Shown here piece by piece: positions 36,014 to 42,314 of a stretch of 42,314 bases of DNA. Both the position numbers and the translations under genes were made by a program. The stretch covers positions 57,646,660-57,688,973 of the forward strand of contig NC_057718.1 of NCBI RefSeq assembly GCF_004010195.1, written 5' to 3'. Origin of the DNA: Chiloscyllium plagiosum (Eukaryota). Positions within the stretch are counted from its first letter, which is position 1, and each line of letters starts with the position of its first letter. The notes under the pieces are model-generated. The model ran no database searches. It saw only the letters and a list, made by a program, of their open reading frames with translations, and had not been told where the DNA came from.

Positions 36014-36325
36014 AATAGAGCCATGGGGTCATACAGCACGAAAGCAGACCCTTTGGTACAATTTATCCATGCTGACCAAATTTCCCATGCTAACTAGTCC
36101 CATTTTCCTCCATTTGACCCATATCATTCCAAACCTTTCCTAATCATGTACCTGTCAAATTATCTTTTAAATGTTGTACCTGTATCTGCATTGACCACTT
36201 CCTTTGGCAGTTCATTCCATATATACACCACTCTGTGTGTGGAAAAGATGCCCATCAGGTCCCTTTTAAATCTTTTTCCTCTCATCTTAAAATTTCTCTT
36301 GTTTCAAAATCCCCAACCCTAGGGA
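36014..36325 (-). mobile_element. HER1-type CR1 3' tail fragment
   Basis: Similar to 17672-17920 and to the reverse complement of 41550-41865. Confidence 0.8.
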
Positions 36326-36809
36326 AGAAGGAAAAAGGGCTTTTACAACAAATCAGATGAAGGTGAGGAACCTATTGATTTTGGACTAGTAATCCCACCA
36401 TGGCAAATGGTGACATCTGTTTTCAATTCAATAAAAAAACTGGAATTATATATCGAGAAACTTAGGGTAGGGAACTACCATCCTTACCTACATGTGGTGC
36501 ACCAAAATCTAATGAAAGAAAAAGAGAAAAAAAATGTCCTTTTTTCAACAAAAAGAAGTCAACATTCAAAGGATTTTTGGGATGAGAATCAAATTTCCAC
36601 GATTCAATTTGCATTCAAGTCTAATGAAAAGACCAAGCTGATATGCTTTCTCAGAGGTAGGGACACTACCGCTGTGCTACAATTGCCCAAGAAATAATTA
36701 ACAATGTACCAACAAGAATGGCTTTCAATTTCCTGTATGCAGAGCACTATAGATTAGTAGGTCACCTTAACCACATGATCATACACCAGAGTAGGTATTT
36801 TGCTTCAAA

Positions 36810-36906
36810 TCAATTTGTTTAGATGTGTCATGACACATATGTGGAACAGGTGAGATTTGAACCTGTACCTTCTCGGCCAGAGGGTAGGACACTGCCACTG
36901 TGCCAC
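36810..36906 (-). mobile_element. Short tRNA-derived SINE
   Basis: Minus strand GTGGCACAGTGGCAGTG (A box) and GGTTCAAATCTC (B box); related heads at ~2865-2975 and 40340-40470. Confidence 0.65.
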
Positions 36907-37399
36907 TGGATTTTCTGCAAGGTCATTCTCTCCTTCCTAAGGTGCAGTAGTTGGAGTACACCTGCTAACCAGGGCACTGTGTGACTAAAATATGACTTGA
37001 ATAGGCAGTTAAAAAGTGGCAGAGAGACAGAAAGCAAGAGATTCGGGAAGAAAAAGCTTCCAAGGCATAAGGTAACAGCTGAATATTTCCTGAACTTAAG
37101 AAAATGGATGCAGTGATGCAAAACAATGCAAAATTCACATTGTTAGAGTGTAGGCCTTCCAAATTTAGTTTTTGCAATATCTGCCTGTTTGGATGAGGAG
37201 AGAAGTCAATAAAAGACTCTTATCGATTGGGTAATTGAATATGAGCATCTGGATTTGAGACAGGGTAGCAGCGTACAAGAGCTTGACTTCAGCAGCATGC
37301 AGAGGAGAGACCATGTTTTGAGACCAGAATAAGAAGTGAGTGTGAGGAGTTAATATCACTTGTGTGGAAGTGGGATGTTCTGATAATGGATAGGACATG

Positions 37400-37645
37400 A
37401 ATTTCAAAGATTTCCTCTTCTTCCCTTTCATCCCTCCAACCAACCCTTCCTTCCAGCTACTAACTGGATTCATGCCTCCCATCAACCAACCAGGGTGTAC
37501 CCGCCATCTTTATTCACCTATCACTCCCCCTCTCTTTATCTGTAGCTCCCCCTACCCCCACCTCCATTCCTGAAGAAGGATTATACCCTATGCATTGATT
37601 TCTTCACCTCCGGATACTGCCTAGCTTGCTTTTTCTTCCAGCCCT
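37400..37645 (+). mobile_element. Decayed Penelope 3' end
   Basis: C/T-rich 3'UTR, then ATTCCTGAAGAAGG...GATACTGCCTAGCTTGCT...TTCCAGC as in 39062-39450. Confidence 0.65.
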
Positions 37646-37792
37646 CTGTTGTCTCCAATGCAATGGTAGCTTTCATTGAATAAGAGGACCAGAACTGCTC
37701 ACTTTCATTGAATAAGAGGTCCAGGTGTGGTCTCACCAGCACCTTGTACAATCGCAGTAAGGATTTCCATACTCTTATACTCCAGCTCCTTA
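37646..37792 (-). mobile_element. CR1 fragment with local duplication
   Basis: LLRLYKVLVRPHL...QFWSSY motif; CTTTCATTGAATAAGAGG occurs twice (37670, 37702). Confidence 0.7.
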
Positions 37793-37931
37793 GTGGGAGA
37801 CCTAAGAGAGAAAGGTGACAGCTAGTGCAGTCCAATAGTTAGTGAATGGGTTTACTCATGCTGCTGGTTGGTCTCATTCCATTGAGGTTTTTGAAGCTTC
37901 CGGACAGTATCCTTTGAAGCAATGACACCTT

Positions 37932-38990
37932 AGATTCCAGAGGAAGTGCTGGATGTCTTGAAACACATAAAGGTGGATAAATCCCCAGGACCTGATCAGG
38001 TGTACCCTAGAACTCTGTGGGAAGCTAAGAGAAGTGACTGCTGGGCGTCTTGCTGAGATATTTATATCATCGATAGTCACAGGTGAGGTGCTGGAAGACT
38101 GGAGGTTGGCTAACTTGGTGCCACTGTTTAAGAAGGGTGGTAAGGACAAGCCAGGGAACTATAGACCAATGAGCCTGACGTCGGTGGTGGGCAAGTTGTT
38201 GGAGGGAATCCTGAGGGACAGGATGTACATGTATTTGGAAAGGCAAGGACTGATTAGGGATAGTCAGCATGGCTTTGAACATGGGAATTCATGTCTCACA
38301 AATTTGATTGAGTTTTTTGAGGAAGTAACAAAGAGGATTGATGATGGCAGCGGTAGATATGATCCATATGGACTTCAGTAAGGCGTTCGACAAGGTTCCT
38401 CATGGGAGACTGATTAGCAAGGTTAGATCTCATGGAAGACAGGGAGTACTAGCCATTTGGATACAGAACTGGCTCAAAGGTAGAAGACAGAAGGTGTTGG
38501 TGGAGGGTTGTTTTTCAGACTGGAGGCCTGTGACCAGTGGAGTGCCAGAAGGATCGGTGCTGGGTCCTCTACTTTTAGTCATTTACATAAATGATTTGAA
38601 TGTGAGCATAAGAGGTACAGTTAGTAAGTTTGCAGATGACACCAAAATTGGAGACGCAGTGGACAGCGAAGAGGGTTACCTCAGGTTACAACAGGATCTT
38701 GACCAAATGGGCCAATGGGGTGAGAAGTGGCAGATGGAGTTTAATTTAGATAAATGCGAGTTGCTGCATTTTGGGAAAGCAAATCTTAGCAGGACTTATA
38801 CACTTAATGTTAAGGTCCTAGGGAGTGTTGCTGAACAAAGAGACCTTGGAGTGCAGGTTCATAGCTCCTTGAAAGTGGAGTTGCAGGTAGATAGGATAGT
38901 GAAGAAAGCGTTTGGTATGCTTTCCTTTATTGGTCAGAGTATTGAGTACAGGAGTTGGGGGGTCATGTTGCGGCTGTACAGGACATTGGT
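37932..38990 (+). mobile_element. Young HER1-type CR1 LINE, RT domain (one frameshift near 38345), running into the gap
   Basis: KPGNYRPMSLTS, DFSKAFDKVPH, SGVPEGSVLGP and SKFADDTKIG in two overlapping ORFs (38034-38381, 38338-38990). Confidence 0.95.
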
Positions 38991-39061
38991 NNNNNNNNNN
39001 NNNNNNNNNNNNNNNNNNNNNNNNNNNNNNNNNNNNNNNNNNNNNNNNNNNNNNNNNNNNN
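38991..39061. other. Assembly gap (71 N)
   Basis: Run of n; different repeat families on each side. Confidence 1.
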
Positions 39062-39450
39062 CCCTCCAACCACAAGGGATGAATGCAGATTTCTCCAGCT
39101 TCCTCATTTCACCTCCCCCCACCTTATCTCAGTCCCAACCCTCAGACTCAGCACCGTCTTCTTGACCTGCAATCTTCTTCCTGAACTCTCCGGCCCCACC
39201 CCCTCTCCAGCCTATCACCCGCAACCTTAACCTCCTTCCATCTATTGCATTCCCAACACCCCTCCCCCAAGTCCCTCCTCCCTACCTTTTATCTTAGCCT
39301 GCTTGGCACACCCTCCTCATTCCTGACGAAGGGTTTATGCCCGAAACGTTGATTCTCCTTCTCCTTTGATGCTGCCTGACCTGCTGCACTTTTCCAGCAA
39401 CACATTTTTAAGCTCTGATCCCCAGCATCTACAGTCCTCACTTTCTCCTC
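39062..39450 (+). mobile_element. Penelope-like element 3' end
   Basis: ORF end LQPQGMNADFSSF, C-rich UTR, hammerhead-like CTGACGAAGGGTTTATGCCCGAAACGTT (39323-39350). Confidence 0.85.
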
Positions 39451-40339
39451 CTTGAGGTTGAATTGTCAGCTTTTGCAACATCCTTTCAAACAATCTGATT
39501 GTTTTCTTATGAGGTTGCCTCTCCTCAATGCCCAATGGTCAAGTTATTCCTGCATTGAATTCAATCCAGAGGTACATCAGATGATTTGTAACACGGTTTC
39601 CCTCATTGAGACCTTTTCCTTTTGATATCTTGCACTTTATACTGCTGAAAGGTTATTGCCACTTTTATTTGGCTATTGTGTTTTAAAGACTGTGTCAGCA
39701 TTGAAATTTCTTCCTTCCCAGCAGTAGTAATCCTATCAACAGCAGTGCTACTGCTCCAAACCTGGTCTATGTAGCAAATAAGGACCATGGAAGTCAAGAT
39801 TAATGGGTTAGTATCAGATCCACATGGGCAGGTAGTGATGCCTCTCCACTGCTAACCTGCCAGTAGGAGTGGAATGCAACCCAAAATGTTGTGATTAACT
39901 CTGGATGGGAAAACTTCAACTTAGGAGTTTCAGATGTCTGGTAAATTGGCAATACAACTACTTTTTATGCAATTTCCTAGTCCAGTAAAAATAATTAGAA
40001 AACACTTTGTATAAACTGTGCCTTAAAAACCATTAGTGTGTAAAATATACAGTATACACATTGAAAGTATAATATTTTATAGCTGCAGTTCACCTGAATT
40101 CACTTGAAAAAGCAATTGTTTAACTTGCTGTTATTCACGGCATTCCGACCTGTAAGGTTTAGATGAGAAGGGTTGAATTTTGCATTTATTTTGGCAAAGT
40201 TGTTTTTGGCGTGATTCATTGTGGGTGGTCTATGTTAGTCCAAGTCACCTTTGTTCACTCTTTAGCTCATTAATTATGCAACAGGCCTCCAAGGTGCCTG
40301 GCTCATGGAATCATGTGGAAGGAGAGGTGGAAGCATTTG

Positions 40340-40470
40340 GTACTACTGGACTTTGTGATATTCACAATGTTGGTGCCTCTACCCCTGAACCGGGAGAGAC
40401 CTGGGTTCACATCCCATCTATCCCATAGGTGGGTAATAACATCTCTGAACAGGTTGATTAGAAAAATAGG
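40340..40470 (+). mobile_element. Short tRNA-derived SINE remnant
   Basis: B-box-like GGTTCACATCCC and tail GAACAGGTTGATTAGAAAAA. Confidence 0.55.
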
Positions 40471-40879
40471 TTAAGACCCAGTTCCACAGCATTTGAGAGC
40501 TGGAAAGCCAGGAACTGTTCTAACACTGTGGTCTTTGCACCATTGGAAACTAGAAAATAGTGCAATAAGGGAAGATGGAAGCCTTGGTGGATGGGATGGC
40601 AGTGCTGTTTTCTCGAGACTGTCAAATTGGCAATGTCCGCAGACATAGCCAACATGGACACGGACAGCAGCCTCAGTCAGTGCAGTGTCCCAGGTGAAAT
40701 GTGACACTCGGCTGTTAATGACCTTCTTCTATACTCTGCAAAGTTAAGTGTAATCATTTTTTTCTCTTCTATCTTATGCACAGGGCAAGGACTAATCACT
40801 CTGACTCTGCCACTTCTAACATCACGTTTCTAAGCTCATGGACTATAACTGTCACTATTGCACTATTACATGGAGTGTT

Positions 40880-42005
40880 CTCGGATGTGCATGGTAAAAT
40901 AGGGCTGAATCAGCACAGCTTCATCAAAATGAGGTCATGGCTGACAAATCTGTTAGAATTCTTTGAGGAGGTATTTAACCAATTAGACAAAGGAGAGCGA
41001 GTGGGCCTGATCTATTTGGACTTCTAGAAGGCCTTTGACAAGATGCCACATGAGAAACTGCTAAATAGGGCAAGAGTCCATGCTGTTAGGGGCAAAGCAC
41101 TTGCAAGGATAGAGGATTGACTGATGGGCAGAAAGCAGACAGGGGGGATAATGGTGTCTTTTTCAGGATGGCAGCCAGTGACTAGAGAGTTCTGCAGAGG
41201 TCAGTATTACAACTATTCATGTTACAGCATGCTTACCTTCATCGGTCAGAGTATTGAGTACGGAGTTGGGATGTCATGTTACAGCTGTACAAAAGATTGG
41301 TAAGGCCACATTTGGAGTACTGCATGCAATTCTGGTTGTCCTACTGTTGGAAGGATGTCATTAAACTGGAAAGCATCCAAACATTTGACAAGGATGTTGC
41401 TGGCACTGGAGGGTTTGAGTTATAAAGGGAGGTTGGATTGGCTGGGACTTGTTTCCCTGTGGCATAGGAAGCTGAGGGGGTGACCTTATAAAGGTTTAAA
41501 AAATCATGAGGGGCATAGATATGACGAATAGCCAAGGTTTTTTCTCCCCCAGGGTTGGGGTGTTCAAATCCAGAGGGCATAGGTTTAAACTAAGACGGGA
41601 AAGATTTAAAAGAGACCTGAGGGGCATCTTTTTCAGACAGGAGATGGTAAGCATATAGAATGAACTGCCAGAGGAAGTGGTAGAGGTGAATACATTTATA
41701 ATATTTAAATGACAGTTGGAGAGGTTTATAGATAGGAACATGTTAGAGGGATATGAACCCAATGTAAACAAATGGGACTAGTTCAGTTTCGGAATTCTGG
41801 TTGGTATAGACTAGTTGGGCTGAAAGGTCTGTTACTGTGTATCATGACACTATGCCTCTATGACTTTAATGATCCAGAAGGAACTGAGGGCATTGTTGTT
41901 AAGTTGTAGGTGATACAAAGATAGGTGGAAAGAAGGGTAGTGTTGAGAAAGTGGAGAAAACTTCAGATGGATTTGGACAGACTAGGAGAGTGGGCAAAGA
42001 AATGA
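40880..42005 (+). mobile_element. CR1 RT fragments: an older copy (40880-41225, 41900-42005) interrupted by a HER1-type 3' portion (41228-41865)
   Basis: RSWLTNLLEFFEEV...IYLDF motif; LYKRLVRPHLEYCMQFW; tail ending CTATGCCTCTATGAC at ~41863. Confidence 0.8.
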
Positions 42006-42006
42006 C

Positions 42007-42314
42007 AGAGCTGAAAATGTGTTGCTGGAAAGGCGCAGCAGGTCAGGCAGCATCCAAAGAACAGGAGAATCGACGTTTCGGGCATAAGCCCTTCTTCAGG
42101 ACTGAGGAAAGTGTGTCCAGCAGGCTAAGATAAAAGGTAGGGAGGAGGGACTTGGGGGAGGGGCGTTGGAAATGCAATAGGTGGAGGGAGGTCAAGGTGA
42201 GGGTGATAGGCCGGAGTTGGGTGGGGACGGAGAGGTCAGGAAGAAGATTGCAGGTTAGGAAGGCGGTGCTCAGTTCGAGGGATTTGACTGAGACAAGGTG
42301 GGGGGAGGGGAAAT
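42007..42314 (-). mobile_element. Penelope-like element 3' end (runs off the window)
   Basis: Reverse complement of 39107-39416; minus strand AGTC-CTGAAGAAGGGCTTATGCCCGAAACGTC-GATT. Confidence 0.88.

Noticed and set aside
37565..37600. Additional functional hammerhead
   Set aside because: CUGAAGA is present but the GAAAC-GUC half has decayed (TATGCATTG).
38338..39165. 275-aa ORF as a CR1 RT-Penelope fusion protein
   Set aside because: It reads through 71 N; the two sides are different elements joined by an assembly gap.
17000..42314. miR-217 / miR-216a / miR-216b, which lie upstream of EFEMP1 in mammals
   Set aside because: I looked by eye for the mature sequences on both strands and found none; they probably lie beyond the window.

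Overview
Vertebrate genomic DNA, almost certainly from a shark, judged from HE1-type V-SINEs, HER1/CR1 LINEs, Deu-domain SINEs and Penelope-like elements. The only host gene is the 5' end of a minus-strand short fibulin, best matching EFEMP1 (fibulin-3). Three coding exons are present (15013-14933, 14607-14559, 7444-7199), with a probable 5'UTR exon and promoter at about 15.6-16.5 kb; the remaining exons lie left of the window. The rest is intron and upstream DNA dense in decayed retroelements, a solo-LTR-like element, a TA-flanked MITE and a 71-nt assembly gap. The most interesting signals are Penelope-derived minimal hammerhead-ribozyme motifs, including a TSD-flanked, ORF-less ~240-bp fold-back element in an EFEMP1 intron whose hammerhead core carries a U3-A8 swap of the C3-G8 pair. 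There is also a four-level nested insertion at 26.6-28.3 kb. Repeat family names and boundaries are by eye and approximate. Nothing here can be shown to be new without database searches.
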